DNA of 64,000 nucleotides, taken from the sequence record MN871445.1. The stretch is one strand, 5' to 3'. How positions within the stretch are numbered: the first letter of the stretch is position 1; each line of letters opens with the position of its first letter. A program made the position numbers and the translations under genes. Below the pieces are notes generated by a model. It had not been told where the DNA came from. It was given only the letters and a program-made list of their open reading frames with translations, and ran no database searches. Of this stretch, positions 62,937 to 64,000 are shown piece by piece.

Positions 62937-64000
62937 ATGACTACTAAATTACTGAATGACGTTTTTTCTTCTTTCGCTGAGGCCATTGGTGCGTTCCAAT
63001 CTATCACTGGAAAGTTTGACATCCACTATGGCGAACTCATCAAATCCTTTTGTGCAGCCAATTCAACCCCAATGACCACCATTGCGTCAACGCAGTTCCT
63101 TAACGTCAATGAATATTTCGACTCTACACTGTGGTTGAAATCATTTATTGACCGTCACGGTTTTCGTCACATCGGCATTGGGAATTACATCTGGTGCGAC
63201 AGCTACAATCGTCCGCTGGCGTTTATTAACCTAAATATCGACAGCCGTGAGAACTTCAAGTTCGAAGCATTCGGCGCCGAAAGAATTATTATTGGGCTGA
63301 TTGATGAAATTAAAGCTAACACAAAAACAGTGGATGAAGAAAGGGACCTACCCACTTACATTGAAATGGTGGACATTGATGAGGATGGTGATGTTGAACT
63401 TGAGCAACGTACCCTCTACAGTGACCGAGTATGTCGCCAGGAATACTACCCGTATCTAGAAGGCGGGGTCGAGTCACTATTGGCTGATTTTTTGCAAAGT
63501 GATGAAACAGTACTGATTCTGATGGGTCCTCCGGGTACAGGTAAATCCAGCGCGATTTTCTCCTCGGCCGAGGTATTCAATCTGGAACTTATCTACGCCA
63601 ACAGCGTGATGGTAACGCAACATCCAAAATTTGTTTCTGAGCTGTTTAAGCTAAGTGATGCTCGCATGGCCGAAGCCAGTAAGGACCTGCGCATAAATCG
63701 GTCATCGTTATTTATCGACCGCAGTCTTTTGTCCGACGTAAATCCCCGAACAAACTATCAATCGGTCGATAAGGATACGATCGATTCTTCGATTAATGCA
63801 AGCGTGACTAGTCACCGACAACTCGGTGGGTTGTTCAACTACTATAGTGAAAGTAGTTTTTCTCCAAGTATGGCTTCTTTAGCTAGCTCGGGTAAACGCA
63901 TTCCACTGGCCGTTGTAGAAGACGCAGACCTCCTGTTGCGTCCCCGTTCTGCCGGTAACGCGTACATGCAACAGCTGCTGAACGAAACTGATGGCGCCAA
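62937..64000 (+). CDS. AAA+ ATPase, truncated by the window end (absent from ORF track)
   Basis: Manual translation, open to 64000: LILMGPPGTGKSS (Walker A), LAVVEDAD (Walker B), LLNETDG. Confidence 0.88.
   Translation, partial: MTTKLLNDVFSSFAEAIGAFQSITGKFDIHYGELIKSFCAANSTPMTTIASTQFLNVNEYFDSTLWLKSFIDRHGFRHIGIGNYIWCDSYNRPLAFINLNIDSRENFKFEAFGAERIIIGLIDEIKANTKTVDEERDLPTYIEMVDIDEDGDVELEQRTLYSDRVCRQEYYPYLEGGVESLLADFLQSDETVLILMGPPGTGKSSAIFSSAEVFNLELIYANSVMVTQHPKFVSELFKLSDARMAEASKDLRINRSSLFIDRSLLSDVNPRTNYQSVDKDTIDSSINASVTSHRQLGGLFNYYSESSFSPSMASLASSGKRIPLAVVEDADLLLRPRSAGNAYMQQLLNETDGA

Larger units (their letters stand above)
1..64000 (+). other. Early/accessory region of a phiKZ-related jumbo phage genome
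   Basis: Near-continuous short co-oriented ORFs with SD sites; phage-type auxiliary genes (thyA, tdk, phoH, dam, MazG-like, NADAR, macro); recurrent intergenic TATATTAC; GC hairpins with TATGCC tails; no host housekeeping genes. Confidence 0.85.

Noticed and set aside
1-64000. Stop-codon reassignment (alternative genetic code)
   Set aside because: Recognisable genes are intact in code 11; TAA, TGA and TAG all end genes at terminators or gene junctions
1-64000. CRISPR array, tRNA, rRNA, transposase, intron/intein, homing endonuclease, reverse transcriptase
   Set aside because: No regularly spaced direct repeats, cloverleafs or family motifs seen by eye; intergenic gaps are mostly under 180 nt. 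tRNAscan-SE/Infernal would be needed for a formal exclusion

Overview
This is a densely coded 64-kb segment, almost all on the + strand, of a large lytic dsDNA phage. It is most consistent with the early/accessory region of a phiKZ-related jumbo phage of Gammaproteobacteria. The evidence is eight intergenic TATATTAC-type boxes (the phiKZ early-promoter consensus) and about 20 GC-rich hairpins, many flanked by TATGCC/GGCATA. No structural, replication-core, tRNA, CRISPR or transposase gene is recognisable, so nucleus-forming status cannot be judged here. Most of the ORFs (well over 100) are short hypotheticals, many in tandem paralog sets. Recognisable genes: thyA, tdk, dam, phoH, MazG-like pyrophosphatase, Pol-beta-like nucleotidyltransferase, NADAR, DarG-like macrodomain, HD and calcineurin-like phosphoesterases, CYTH-like, ASCH, DUF1353, a DUF1190-like lipoprotein, a triple-HTH protein and a truncated AAA+ ATPase. 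Best candidates for an undescribed system: (1) a minus-strand three-gene cassette (MptE/Maf-like, GT9-like glycosyltransferase, SAM methyltransferase) that ends at a ~50-bp terminator element duplicated at the end of dam; (2) an ADP-ribosylation set, with an overlapping macrodomain + ART-fold pair, two more ART-fold ORFs and NADAR. All product calls come from motifs read by eye; no searches were run.
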